Assembly (NCBI GenBank): GCA_977020255.1
Contig: CDROCS010003914.1
Coordinates: forward strand, 124,001 to 188,000
Direction of reading: 5' to 3'
From: Obrimoposthia wandeli
Lineage: Eukaryota
Length of the DNA: 64,000 bases
Shown here: positions 8,856 through 22,043 of the stretch, one piece after another
Layout: every line of letters starts with the position of its first letter
Numbering within the stretch: the first letter of the stretch is position 1
Position numbers and translations under genes: made by a program
Notes under the pieces: model-generated
The model's input: the letters and a program-made list of their open reading frames with translations, nothing else
What the model was told of the DNA's origin: nothing
Database searches by the model: none

Positions 8856-11774
8856 TTACCCTGTTACCACAATGATACGAATGGCTTCAAGCTTGAGTTG
8901 TAAGCTTGCAGCGTATTTTTGTAATGCAAGATGTGCCTCACGCTGATATTCAATTTCTGATTCACGAATATTAGGATTAACCTTAGCCAGTGCTTGTAAG
9001 CGGGCTATCTCTGCTTCCATTTGATGATTAATTTTACTCAGTGCTTTTGTAATCATATCTGGTTGCTGCGTTTTCGCAATATTCTCAACTTTTACAATCT
9101 GTTGCTCTATCTGGTTTCTGGCGTGCTTGATAAGATTTTGCGCGCTCTTTTTCGGCACCTTTTTAGAGAGCGCATGGATGTTATCAGCACTGATAATAGC
9201 GGAGAGATCATTATCGTTAGAATCAAGCAATACGCGATGAATGCCTTGCTCTATATAACGGTTTAGTTGTAACGATTTAGGCGCAGCGCAATGAGGCGTA
9301 AAAATAGCTTCGATAAGCAGCGAGCCTTCATTTATTGGCGGTAACTTCAGCGTGCAAAATGAAGTATTACCGTAATCGCCGCTAAGCATCATATCGATGG
9401 CGCCAGTAACAAGTGGGTGTTCCCAAGTGAGGAATTGTAAGTCATCTCTTGATAGCGCGTGATCTTTATCCCAGGTTGCACTTACACCATCTTCCGTTAA
9501 ACCTGGGAAGTGATGTGTACGCATATGATCACCTGGGTGTAAGGTGAAGCTGTAAGCGTCGTAAGGCTGTACTTCAACACCGAAATAATCACACATGTCT
9601 TCGATGTATTTGGCTAACACTTGTGGTGTGTAAGCATCTTCAATATCGTCTAAAACCTTTTGAGCAGGGATCGCTCTACAAGAATTCAATTCTAATATTT
9701 TATCGCGACCTTGTTGCAGCTTTTCTTCAAGCGTAACTCGCGTGTTGGAAGTAGTAGCTATTAACTGTTGTATTTCAGATTCGTCGCAAGAGTCAAAACA
9801 GAGCAGTAATTGCTGTTCAAAATTATTAAATAATTGCATGCCAATTGAGCAGCTTTGCTCGAAAGCATTGCAGCCTTGATGGTACCAATCTAGCAGTACT
9901 TGTTGCGCGCTGTTTTCGTAATAAGGCACATGTATTTGAACATTGTTTTCCTGGCCAATACGATCTAAGCGACCGATGCGTTGTTCAAGTAAATCAGGGT
10001 TTAGAGGTAGATCAAACAGTACAATTTTGCTGGCAAACTGGAAATTTCTACCTTCGCTACCTATTTCAGAACAAATAAGTATTTGCGCGTTATCTTCTAG
10101 GTTTGCAAAGTAAGCTGCTGCTCTATCTCGATTAATGAGCGACATCCCTTCATGGAAAGAAGCAGAGCGAATGCCCTCGCGTAATCGTAAATGATCTTCT
10201 AAGGCGATAGCGGTTTCAGCACTGGCGCAGATAAGCAATATTTTTTCGTAACGGAACTCTTTTAACCAATCGATTAACCAGTTGACTCTAGGATCGTTGT
10301 GAAGCCAATCTTGTCCTAAAATAAGTTCTGGTTGTAGCTTTTCGATATTTGAAACTTCAGCGGCTATAGCGTCATAAAGATCAGGTTTAGCTAGTGAGTG
10401 CGTATGTAGTTCACGTGCTGGAAAGCCTGTAATTGCCGCACGTGTATTACGAAACAATACGCGGCCAGTACCATGCTGATCAAGTAGCTGATCAACAGTA
10501 TCTTGAATAATTTCAACGCTATCTTGTTTAGCTTTAAGTTGTAGTTTGATCTGCTGGAATTGCTCAGTGCTTAAGTATTTTTGTAGTAAATCATCAAATT
10601 CGCCATCTAAAAGCTTATGCTGAGCATCCGTTGCTAATAACGCTTCAATAAACTGGCTTAAAGGGCGATAATCTTGTTCTTCGTCTTTAAATTTTTGTAA
10701 ATCATAATAGCGATCAGGATCAAGCAGGCGCAGCCTTGCAAAGTGACCTTCAACCCCAAGTTGTTCTGGTGTAGCGGTCAGTAATAATAAGCCAGCGGTA
10801 TGTTTGGCTAAATCTTCAATTAGTTGATATTCAGTACTAACTTGGGTTTCGCTCCACTCTAGGTGATGCGCTTCATCAACGATGAGTAAATCCCAAGTCG
10901 CTGCTTGTGCTTGCTCAACTCTATGCGGATTTTGCGCAAGAAACTCTAACGAGCAAAGTACTAACTGCGAGCTTTCAAAAGGATTAATTTCTAGCAGTTC
11001 ATCGGGAATAACATCTGATTCAAAAAGATCTAAATCAATATCCGGCATTTTATCTTCAATAGCTAAGCAGCGTGGCTCATCCAAAATGGTGTACATCAAA
11101 TTAAAACGGCGTAGCATTTCAACTAGCCACTGATGTACTAGTGAGTCAGGAACAATAATAAGAATGCGTTGGGCACGCTCAGTCATCAGTTGTTGATGTA
11201 AAATCAAACCTGCTTCTACTGTTTTTCCAAGGCCTACTTCATCGGCAAGTAATACTCTTGGCGCGTGTCTGTTAGCAACTTGGGATGCAATATAAAATTG
11301 ATGGGGTAATGGCTGAACTCTAGGGCCTAATAAGCCACAAACACCAGATTGCTGATGGCGATGTTGATGCTCTAAGGTTTCTATTCTTAATTTGAAGGAT
11401 TTTAACTTATCGATTTGGCCGGCAAAGAGTCTATCTTGTGGTTTGCTAAAGTGTACAAAGCTATCTAGATCAATTTCATCGAGTGCAACCTGTTCGCCTT
11501 GTGAATCGGAACATTGGTAAACAAAGCAGCCTTCTTCTTCAATGCGAGCAATAATAGTGTAAACACTTCCTTGCTGATCTGAAATGCTTTCCCCAACATT
11601 GTAAATAACGCGGCTTAGTGGCGCGTTATCAGAAGCGTAAGTTCGGCGATCACCAACGGCTGGGAAACTAACTTCAATACGCCGGTTTTCACTAACAACG
11701 ATAATGCCTAAACCTAATTCTGATTCTGTATTACTGATCCAGCGCTGGCCTGGTACAAACTCTTCAATTTTCAT
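8856..11774 (-). CDS. rapA: RNA polymerase-associated SWI2/SNF2 ATPase RapA
   Basis: 972 aa; GQRWISNTESELGLG, RVLLADEVGLGKT, DEAHH, LLTATPEQLG, SEIGSEGRNFQF and EQRIGRLDRIGQ. Confidence 0.98.
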   Translation of the reverse strand: MKIEEFVPGQRWISNTESELGLGIIVVSENRRIEVSFPAVGDRRTYASDNAPLSRVIYNVGESISDQQGSVYTIIARIEEEGCFVYQCSDSQGEQVALDEIDLDSFVHFSKPQDRLFAGQIDKLKSFKLRIETLEHQHRHQQSGVCGLLGPRVQPLPHQFYIASQVANRHAPRVLLADEVGLGKTVEAGLILHQQLMTERAQRILIIVPDSLVHQWLVEMLRRFNLMYTILDEPRCLAIEDKMPDIDLDLFESDVIPDELLEINPFESSQLVLCSLEFLAQNPHRVEQAQAATWDLLIVDEAHHLEWSETQVSTEYQLIEDLAKHTAGLLLLTATPEQLGVEGHFARLRLLDPDRYYDLQKFKDEEQDYRPLSQFIEALLATDAQHKLLDGEFDDLLQKYLSTEQFQQIKLQLKAKQDSVEIIQDTVDQLLDQHGTGRVLFRNTRAAITGFPARELHTHSLAKPDLYDAIAAEVSNIEKLQPELILGQDWLHNDPRVNWLIDWLKEFRYEKILLICASAETAIALEDHLRLREGIRSASFHEGMSLINRDRAAAYFANLEDNAQILICSEIGSEGRNFQFASKIVLFDLPLNPDLLEQRIGRLDRIGQENNVQIHVPYYENSAQQVLLDWYHQGCNAFEQSCSIGMQLFNNFEQQLLLCFDSCDESEIQQLIATTSNTRVTLEEKLQQGRDKILELNSCRAIPAQKVLDDIEDAYTPQVLAKYIEDMCDYFGVEVQPYDAYSFTLHPGDHMRTHHFPGLTEDGVSATWDKDHALSRDDLQFLTWEHPLVTGAIDMMLSGDYGNTSFCTLKLPPINEGSLLIEAIFTPHCAAPKSLQLNRYIEQGIHRVLLDSNDNDLSAIISADNIHALSKKVPKKSAQNLIKHARNQIEQQIVKVENIAKTQQPDMITKALSKINHQMEAEIARLQALAKVNPNIRESEIEYQREAHLALQKYAASLQLKLEAIRIIVVTG

Positions 11775-11908
11775 GTTCTAACCTATTTTCTATCTAAATT
11801 AAGTGCGCTTGGTATTTTGAGTAATCTGTACTGGGAAAAAGTAGAGATAATTCAAAACGAGCTTGATGTGAGCTGAAACCTATTAAACAGAGGTTTCAAA
11901 GCTTTATT

Positions 11909-13270
11909 CTACTTTATATTACTGTTTTTGGCTGCTATCCATTGCGCCATATATTTGGTGCTTTTGTGGTGGTGGTGGCGTAGCATCATTCCGGTGAAGT
12001 TGCTTAAACGCATTGCAGTTAGGTCTTTTTGCAGAATTGCAATTGCAGCTTCTAATCGCATACTTAAGTGTGTTTTATTGTAATGAGTATCTATAATTGT
12101 AGTGCCTTTATCGGATGCCTGCTGCCAAAGTGTAGCAGATTGGTAAAGTTCAATTGCAGCTTGGGCGATTTCATCACTTGAGTTGTGGATAGCGCCGGGC
12201 CAACTAAAATCGCCGTGCATAGATTCGGCCCCCACGCTGGTTGTAATACTGGGTGTTGAGCATAGCATTGCATCAGTAAATTTACCTTTAATACCCGCGC
12301 CGAATCGAATCGGCGATAGGCAAATACGCGCTTGAGAAAGTACCTCAAAAGCATCTTGAGCCCAACCTTGTACATAAAAACCTTGTTTAGGGTTGTGTAG
12401 GCTGGTGGCTTTTTTGGGAGGGTAAGCTCCGTAAATATGCAGCTGCGCTTCAGGCATCAGTTTACGAATTTTTGGCCAAACAGCTTGTTTTAGCCATAAA
12501 ATAGTATCCCAGTTGGGTGCGTGGCGAAAATTCCCTATAGTCACGAAATGTGCCCTCTGCTCAAAAGTGGGCAGTATGCTTGCAGTTTTATTACAATGAT
12601 GGGTAGTAGTGCTCGCGTCACTAAAGCAAAGTTGTTCTAGCATAAAAGGCAAATGTAATAACAAGGCTTGAGGGATGTTGAATTTCTGAGTAAGCAACTG
12701 AATTTCAAATTCCGAAATCATCAATGTTAGATCACAGCGTAAAATAGCTGCGATTTCTCGCTGGCATACATCTGTTGTAGCCATCATTTGATAGATTGTA
12801 TCTAAGTGATCAAATTGAAGGTCAATTTCTTGATTAGCTTTAAGTGCCGTTTTTAATTGTTGGTGGCGAGCTTCGCGTAAGCTATGCAGGTCTTCAGTAT
12901 CTAAAATGCGGATGCAATTAGGGCACTGTTGTTCAATTCGCCAGCCAAATTGCTCTTCCATCATAAATCGATCAAAGAGGACGAGTTCAGGTTGTAGTGC
13001 ATTGATCCAGTGGTCAAAGCTTTCGCAGTTAAGTGTAATATTGTGCTCTTCAATATCTAACGCACTGAGTTGTACTCGATGCTCGCCTAATTGCGCAGGG
13101 CTGGCAAAAATAACACGAGAGCCTCTTTGCTTGAAAAACATCAATAATTGCATCATGCGCGAACCCGCAGCTGACGAATTTGGCTCTGGCCAAACATAGC
13201 CAATAATGACAACGGTTGACAAAGTTTGCATGGCGGCTAAAACTTGCTTCCTTGATATAGATAAGGACAT
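11909..13270 (-). CDS. Glycosyltransferase, GT-B fold family 4-like (probable start 13231)
   Basis: VWPEPNSSAAGSRM, LFDRFMMEEQFGW, DTEDLHSLR, IGNFRHAPNWD and PIRFGAGIKGK motifs. Confidence 0.85.
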   Translation of the reverse strand: MSLSISRKQVLAAMQTLSTVVIIGYVWPEPNSSAAGSRMMQLLMFFKQRGSRVIFASPAQLGEHRVQLSALDIEEHNITLNCESFDHWINALQPELVLFDRFMMEEQFGWRIEQQCPNCIRILDTEDLHSLREARHQQLKTALKANQEIDLQFDHLDTIYQMMATTDVCQREIAAILRCDLTLMISEFEIQLLTQKFNIPQALLLHLPFMLEQLCFSDASTTTHHCNKTASILPTFEQRAHFVTIGNFRHAPNWDTILWLKQAVWPKIRKLMPEAQLHIYGAYPPKKATSLHNPKQGFYVQGWAQDAFEVLSQARICLSPIRFGAGIKGKFTDAMLCSTPSITTSVGAESMHGDFSWPGAIHNSSDEIAQAAIELYQSATLWQQASDKGTTIIDTHYNKTHLSMRLEAAIAILQKDLTAMRLSNFTGMMLRHHHHKSTKYMAQWIAAKNSNIK

Positions 13271-13491
13271 AAATAGCGGAAAAACCTAGTAGAAAAACAC
13301 AACGAAAAATTAAAACATTAAACTCTATTTTACTATACTCAATCAATCGAATAAATGCTTATTTCGCCGCTAGGTTAAGGAAGTGCCCTGCTGGTTAAAT
13401 TTTGAAAATGCAGCCAACAATAGCGGGGATGCGTAATAGCAAAGCCAGTAGTATTAAGCCGGTTAAACTTTATATTCAATGAAATACATAG

Positions 13492-13674
13492 CTTGTGGTA
13501 GGTTTTGCATTTGATTTATACTGTGAGTTCGCAAGTGAGCTCTTTTTCATAAATGAAGTTAAAAAGACTATCGCTGAGATAATTTTGAGAACTCTAAAAC
13601 CACAAGGCGTGGCTGTGATGAGCTGTTTAGCGCCACTAACTATAATGCTAATAAATTATACTATCTTTTGGTGA
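13492..13674 (+). pseudogene. Possible fragment of GTP cyclohydrolase I (folE-like)
   Basis: Open 60-codon frame containing FASELFFINEVKKTIAEIILRTLKPQGVAV, which aligns without gaps by eye to FolE FARRLQIQERLTTQIAE..LKPQGVAV; the rest of the gene is absent. Confidence 0.3.
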
Positions 13675-13754
13675 TTCTCGAAAATTAGTAAAGTATCCAA
13701 TATAAAATTTAGAATGAAAGCTAATAATTTTCAGATAAGTAAAAAAGGTGATAG

Positions 13755-14075
13755 ATGTTAGATTTAGAAAAGCTATTTGAAAGGATTCAGCAACGTTTTA
13801 ATGCCAGTGCTGCGCAAAATATCAGTGCTACTTTTCAGTATAATTTGTCGCAAGAGCAAAGTTTTAGCTGTGAGATAAATGATGGGCAGTGTATTTTAAA
13901 ACAAGGTGTGCACGCATCTGCAGATATTACTTTAACACTCAGCGGCGAGTTGATATTAGGCATTGTCTCTGGAGAAAGTGATGCGCTTCAAGCTTTTATG
14001 GAGGGGAGTATTATTGCTCAAGGCGATCTGTCATTAGCACCTATTCTAGCCAGCTTGTTTACGTCAATCGAGTAA
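13755..14075 (+). CDS. SCP2 sterol/lipid-binding domain protein
   Basis: 106 aa; ADITLTLS, DALQAFMEG and GDLSLA, typical of SCP-2. Confidence 0.9.
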   Translation: MLDLEKLFERIQQRFNASAAQNISATFQYNLSQEQSFSCEINDGQCILKQGVHASADITLTLSGELILGIVSGESDALQAFMEGSIIAQGDLSLAPILASLFTSIE

Positions 14076-14172
14076 TTGTTGGTCATGAAATTGGCGGTAG
14101 TATAAATATCCATGAGAATTAGGCTCAGTATTACCTAACCTGCTGTGGAGTCCACGAATTAAGAGATGCATT

Positions 14173-15813
14173 ATGAACCAATTTAAACGTGGATCTTGGA
14201 TCCCACAGTCTTTAAATGAAGATGGCTATAAGTCCGTCTTAGATATCTATGATAAAGCCTGTAAAACCTATAGTGATAAACCTGCTTATAGTAGCTTTGG
14301 GCACAGTATCTCATTTATTCAGTTAAACAAATTAGCGGATGCTTTCGCCTGTTACTTACAATCAAACACTGATCTCAAAGCCGGTGATCGCATTGCTATT
14401 CAGCTTCCTAACATATTGCAATATCCCGTTTGTGTCTTAGGTGCGATGCGCGCAGGTTTGATCGTGGTAAACACTAACCCTTTGTATACCCCTAGAGAGT
14501 TGTTACATCAATTTAATGACGCCCAAGTAAAAGCATTGATAGTCTATGAAGGCGTGGCGCACAATGTTGAAAAAATTATTGGTGACACGGATATAAAATT
14601 CGTATTTACGACTAACTTAGCTGATCTACACCCTGTTTTTAGCCGCATGTTGATTAATTTAATGATTAAGCATGTGAAAAAAATGATTCCGCGTTTCAAT
14701 TTGCCCAAGGCGATAAATTTACGCTCTGCAGTTAAACTGTACGAAGGAAAAGAGCCCATAAAACTAGCGACAAAAGAGGAAGATGTAGTTGTACTGCAAT
14801 ATACCGGCGGAACAACAGGCGTATCTAAGGGCGTGATGTTAACCCATGCTAATTTGGTCTCGAATATGTTGCAGGCAGCTGAAGTTATTAGTAAAGCGCC
14901 TAGCCACTGGAAGGATGTGGTGATAGCGCCTTTACCGCTTTATCATATTTACGCTTTTACTATCTCGTTGATTGTGATGGAAGAGGGTGGGCAAAGTGTT
15001 TTAATTGCCAATCCAAGGGATTTTCCTAACTTTGTAAAGGAGTTATCTAAATGGAAAATAACGGGCTTTTTGGGGCTTAATACACTCTTTGTATCGCTGT
15101 GTAACCAACCAGGTTTTAAAGCACTCGATTTTAAAAATTTTTGCCTCACTATTTCAGGTGGCATGGCGCTGACACATGACTGCGCGAAGTTATGGCATGA
15201 AACCACAGGCACCGAAATTATGGAAGGTTATGGTTTAACCGAAACCTCGCCTATTGTTGCTGTAAATAGAGTGAAAGATATTGAAATAGGTACTATTGGT
15301 TATCCTGTTAAGGAAACACAGATTCGGATTGTTGATGAGCAAGAACAAGATGTTGCCGAAGGCGAGTCAGGAGAGCTTTGTGTATTAGGTCCACAAGTAA
15401 TGGCAGGATACTGGCAGCAGCAAGAGGCTACTGATGAAGCTTTTACTAAAGACGGTTATTTCAAAACGGGCGATATTGCCAAACTAGATGAGAACGGGCG
15501 CCTGAGTATTGTCGATAGGGCAAAAGATGTCATCATTGTATCTGGTTTCAATGTTTATCCTAATGAAGTAGAGGATATTGCGTCATCTCATCCGCAGGTT
15601 CTAGAGTGTGCCGCGATAGGAGTTAAAGATGAGGTTAGTGGAGAACAAGTTAAATTGTACGTGGTTGGCAGTGAAGAGATAGATACACAAGAGTTACGTC
15701 GTTACTGTAAACAGCAGCTGGCGAGCTATAAAGTGCCTAAAGAGATAGTGATAACGGATGAATTGCCAAAATCCAATGTAGGTAAAGTATTGCGAAGAAT
15801 GCTGCGTGATTAA
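14173..15813 (+). CDS. fadD: Long-chain fatty acid--CoA ligase
   Basis: LQYTGGTTGVSKG AMP-binding loop, PLPLYHIYAF, EGYGLTETSP, TGDIA, DRAKDVIIVSGFNVYPNE and PKSNVGKVLRR. Confidence 0.93.
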   Translation: MNQFKRGSWIPQSLNEDGYKSVLDIYDKACKTYSDKPAYSSFGHSISFIQLNKLADAFACYLQSNTDLKAGDRIAIQLPNILQYPVCVLGAMRAGLIVVNTNPLYTPRELLHQFNDAQVKALIVYEGVAHNVEKIIGDTDIKFVFTTNLADLHPVFSRMLINLMIKHVKKMIPRFNLPKAINLRSAVKLYEGKEPIKLATKEEDVVVLQYTGGTTGVSKGVMLTHANLVSNMLQAAEVISKAPSHWKDVVIAPLPLYHIYAFTISLIVMEEGGQSVLIANPRDFPNFVKELSKWKITGFLGLNTLFVSLCNQPGFKALDFKNFCLTISGGMALTHDCAKLWHETTGTEIMEGYGLTETSPIVAVNRVKDIEIGTIGYPVKETQIRIVDEQEQDVAEGESGELCVLGPQVMAGYWQQQEATDEAFTKDGYFKTGDIAKLDENGRLSIVDRAKDVIIVSGFNVYPNEVEDIASSHPQVLECAAIGVKDEVSGEQVKLYVVGSEEIDTQELRRYCKQQLASYKVPKEIVITDELPKSNVGKVLRRMLRD

Positions 15814-15844
15814 ATACAGCAGCTTTAAAGTCTGATTGAACAGG

Positions 15845-16879
15845 TTAGCTTAAATCAGATGGAGGCAGTTTTAGTTTTTTTCCCGATAAAATTAATAAGA
15901 TATCGGTAATAATTAACCAATGATTTCCGCTAGACATCCCTTTTATTATTTGATCAGCACTGCTGCTTTGGCGCAGTAAACCTTCAAGTTCAGAAAAATC
16001 TAAACGGCTTGCTGCCTGCTTTAAAAATTGCTTCTTTTTTCCCCAAATGCGTAATTTTCCACATAAGGATTCATAACTCACACTTTGACTTAAACCTGTC
16101 TTTACAGCGTGTATGAGCCTTAGTTCACGGCTGATAGCCCACAAAATAATGGTGGCTTCAACGCCTTCTTGTTGCAGTGTTTGTAATATCTTTAGGCTCC
16201 GTCCGCTCTGCCCTGCTAAAACAGCATCAATCAGCGCAAACACATCGTATCTGGAACTATCCGATACTGCGTCAATGATGTCATCAGCACTGAGAGGGGA
16301 GTTGTTTTTTAATAGCTGTAGTTTATCTATTTCTTGTTTGGCTGCCAGTAGATTTCCTTCTATGCGCTCGCACAATATATTAACGGCGTCATCGTCTAGT
16401 TGAATGTTTTGTGCGCTGGCGCGGTTTTTAATCCAAGCAGGTAATTGTTGGGTTTCAACAGGCCAGATTTCAACAATAGTGCCGTTTTTCTCAATACTTT
16501 TATACCAGGCGGATTTTTTACTGGCAGCATCTAGTTTATCAGCAATAATCAGTAGGGTGTTTTCAGCGGGAGCATATTGAAGATATTCTTGCAAAATTTT
16601 ACTGGCAGCTTTATTTACTTTTTGGCTACCTAGGCGTAATTCAATTAACCTGTTTTCAGCAAACAGTGAAAGAGCGTTGGCGCATTCTAGTAGATATTCC
16701 CATTTAAAGCCTGCTTCGACATGCAAAACTTCACGCTCATCAAAGCCTTTTCTTTTTAAATGTTGGCGAACTAAATCACAGCTCTCTTCAAGAATTAATG
16801 GCTCATCACCGTTAATTAAGTAGGTTTGGGCTGTGCTTTTTTGTAACAGGGCGCTTAATTGATCTGCTTTTATTTTCAT
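15845..16879 (-). CDS. holA: DNA polymerase III delta subunit
   Basis: GDEPLILEE, LSLFAENRLIEL, EGNLLAAKQEIDKL and SSRYDVF; conserved leuS-lptE-holA order. Confidence 0.97.
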   Translation of the reverse strand: MKIKADQLSALLQKSTAQTYLINGDEPLILEESCDLVRQHLKRKGFDEREVLHVEAGFKWEYLLECANALSLFAENRLIELRLGSQKVNKAASKILQEYLQYAPAENTLLIIADKLDAASKKSAWYKSIEKNGTIVEIWPVETQQLPAWIKNRASAQNIQLDDDAVNILCERIEGNLLAAKQEIDKLQLLKNNSPLSADDIIDAVSDSSRYDVFALIDAVLAGQSGRSLKILQTLQQEGVEATIILWAISRELRLIHAVKTGLSQSVSYESLCGKLRIWGKKKQFLKQAASRLDFSELEGLLRQSSSADQIIKGMSSGNHWLIITDILLILSGKKLKLPPSDLS

Positions 16880-17397
16880 TTAGTTTTAAAGTGAGCCGAG
16901 TATTGTCTCAAAATTTGCTGTGCAAGCTCAATCCTTAATTCCTTGCCTAAAAAAGCTTCTCGTGAATTACTGGCAGCACCATCGTTGGCGTCATACTGAA
17001 AAGTACGCTCGGCAAAAGCATTGAGATTAGTGGCAATTAGTTGCTCGTCTTGGCCGACAATATTAAAAGTTAATTCCCCTCTTAACGTATACTCATCTAC
17101 CCCGGCACTGGAGTTTCTGCTGGTGGTTATTCTTCTAAAGCTGCTGCGTGAGATAATAATGCGATTATCAGCATTCTCATCGACAATAAGTTCATTCGTT
17201 GCAGCAAGCGCTTTAAACTGGCGAAGTAATGCGCTGTTCTGTTTGTTATCTAAAACGAGCCAAATAGAGCGAGCCTCTAATGGGATATCGATGTTGCCAC
17301 GTAAGGTAAAACCACAGCCAATTAACAGCAACAACATAAAGCTGGTGATGAAAAGCTTGAGGTGGTTGGTTGCTACGCTTCTTTTCACTGCAAACAT
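16876..17397 (-). CDS. lptE: LPS assembly lipoprotein LptE
   Basis: Lipobox LIG-C followed by GFTLRG; lies between leuS and holA with a 4-bp overlap onto holA. Confidence 0.93.
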   Translation of the reverse strand: MFAVKRSVATNHLKLFITSFMLLLLIGCGFTLRGNIDIPLEARSIWLVLDNKQNSALLRQFKALAATNELIVDENADNRIIISRSSFRRITTSRNSSAGVDEYTLRGELTFNIVGQDEQLIATNLNAFAERTFQYDANDGAASNSREAFLGKELRIELAQQILRQYSAHFKTK

Positions 17398-17531
17398 TGA
17401 AACTCCTTAGATGACTTGTTGCTAAAATTAGACTAAACGGGAAGTGTTGTTTTAATCAGCGGTTAGATTGGCGCATCTTAGAATGTGATACGCCGCTCTA
17501 ACTGTTTTCAGGCTGTATTAATCAATCACAC

Positions 17532-20150
<2,619 letters not shown>

Positions 20151-20246
20151 TTACCCATAGAGGATTCTCTTTGGTATTTGTCAGGGAAAATTTGACCCAT
20201 AGCATACCTTAAACACAAGGTCATAAATACAGCGTATCTGGCAAAA

Positions 20247-20813
20247 ATGTATCTTTTGGAGGATATTATGCAGACAAATAATGAAACTGAGAAAAAAATA
20301 ACAACCAAGGCAGAAATTCCACTTGTCTCCGGCTACGATCGTATTATTCAGCGCATTTCAAAAACAGGTTTGGATACCACTGATAGCTCAGTAACACTGA
20401 TTAAAAAAATGGTGGATGAAGCGATAGAGCTTGAGCATGCCGCGGAAGAAATGACCAGTGATGAAGTGCATTTATTAGCACAGTATGTGTATCGGGATAT
20501 GAAACTATTAGCTGCTTACTTACATGATACAGGGGAAGGCTTAGCGTCGTGGCTTAACTTTGATTTAACCGTTTTAGAACAATCTACAAAACAGCAGTTT
20601 ATGCATTTAGCAGATCAAACCATCATCGATAATTTGACCTTGCAAGAAAAGCTAGAGTGCTCAGAAATACAGTACTTAGCGGGTGAAGTATGCGCAGCGG
20701 GTACGTTGCGATGCTTAAACTGTGCAACAGAATTTCAATTGCGTAAAACCGAACTAATTACTGAGTGTAAGCAATGCCAAAGCCAATGTTTTGAAAGACT
20801 TTCTAAGCGCTAA
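20247..20813 (+). CDS. ybeL: Zinc-ribbon protein, YbeL/DUF1451 family (probable start 20268)
   Basis: C-terminal AGEVCAAGTLRCLNC...CKQC...FER; adjacent to leuS as in E. coli. Confidence 0.8.
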   Translation: MYLLEDIMQTNNETEKKITTKAEIPLVSGYDRIIQRISKTGLDTTDSSVTLIKKMVDEAIELEHAAEEMTSDEVHLLAQYVYRDMKLLAAYLHDTGEGLASWLNFDLTVLEQSTKQQFMHLADQTIIDNLTLQEKLECSEIQYLAGEVCAAGTLRCLNCATEFQLRKTELITECKQCQSQCFERLSKR

Positions 20814-20852
20814 TTTCAAAATACTGATACTTGAATACAAAGCTTTAGAGGG

Positions 20853-21512
20853 TTAACGTGCAGGGTCAATTAGGCCCCCATGATTATTATTGACTCTAAA
20901 CCAACCGGCGATGCTATAGCGAGTTTGTTGCGCTGCTAGCACTTCATGTGGAAACTTTTCACTGAGAAAGATAATCATAGTGCCTAATTGCGGTGCAACT
21001 TTTTGTAATGCTGATTGCGTATCACCAGATGGTGAGTGCTTAGGTGGGTACAGCAATAATTCACCCGCATCAGCTTCTTGCCAGTTTTCATTTAAATATA
21101 AAACGGTTGATAACACACGGTTGCTTCGTCCCTTTAAAGCGTCTATATGCCTCTGGTAAAACTCACCTGGCTGATAAATTGAAAAATGGCTTTCATAATC
21201 AAATAACCCCATAAACAAACGCCGGTTTAGCCCCTGTCTTAGTTTGTCCATCAGTGCTAAAAAGTGTTTTTCGATAGGGTCCGATTGCGATATCCAGTGA
21301 ATTTTATCAGAGCGAACCTGCTTATCAACTTGAAACAGTTGAGCTCTACCAACACCCGCATCACACCACTGGTCCTTACTAATTGATAGCGCTCTTTGTT
21401 TAAGAGATAGCAGCAATGGTTTCTCTATTGCTTGTGTTAATACTAAATAGCCTTGGTCAGCTAATTGATCAGCAATATTATCAAGTTGTGTTTCACTAAA
21501 TTCTAAGTTCAT
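20853..21512 (-). CDS. 2OG-Fe(II) oxygenase, prolyl-hydroxylase (PHD/PPHD)-like
   Basis: HID...H metal triad (FYQRHID, FPHEV), 2OG-binding Arg in TRYSIAGWF, plus VRSDKIHW and TVLYLNENW. Confidence 0.9.
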   Translation of the reverse strand: MNLEFSETQLDNIADQLADQGYLVLTQAIEKPLLLSLKQRALSISKDQWCDAGVGRAQLFQVDKQVRSDKIHWISQSDPIEKHFLALMDKLRQGLNRRLFMGLFDYESHFSIYQPGEFYQRHIDALKGRSNRVLSTVLYLNENWQEADAGELLLYPPKHSPSGDTQSALQKVAPQLGTMIIFLSEKFPHEVLAAQQTRYSIAGWFRVNNNHGGLIDPAR

Positions 21513-22043
21513 GCAAAAATCAAATTATTATTGCTAGTGTTGTTTTATCGTCAGCGATGGCTTGAGAATGAACACTAGGTAGTTGTTGTGCTCTTTTGAT
21601 AGGTATAGAAAATCTCATGCTTAGTACCATTAAGAGTGCAACGACGTGTTAATATTAAACAATTAATTTTTGCCTGAAACAATTTAATTATAGGAAACGA
21701 GATTTAAATCAATGGCAAAAAATATAGTATGTAGGCGAAGTAAAGTATGATAACAAATAATGTTTAAGAAGCTATCATCGAACACGATTTAGTTTCCATC
21801 CGTAAACAGAAAACTACTGGGTGCGTATTATTGAAACAAACCTGTACCACTCTCGGTAGAGTAATTTAGAACAACCAAAAGGCTATATCTAGTAGCGCGT
21901 ATCTTGAATCATGGAGTTGCCCTCGTGACAGTCCCGTAGGAGTATGAAAACTATTTAGTTGACTGGATTTAGTGATTTAGGCTGGTTGTTTGGGAGTTGC
22001 GCAGAGAATGATTTTATTAGTAATTTAGAAAATAGAGTAATTA

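Noticed and set aside
17457-17505. Long imperfect hairpin between leuS and lptE, considered as a REP-like repeat or sRNA
   Set aside because: No second copy seen in the window; most simply an mRNA processing or stability structure.
21750-22010. Possible decayed reading frame upstream of the MarR gene
   Set aside because: Stop density is about what random AT-rich DNA gives; no motif.
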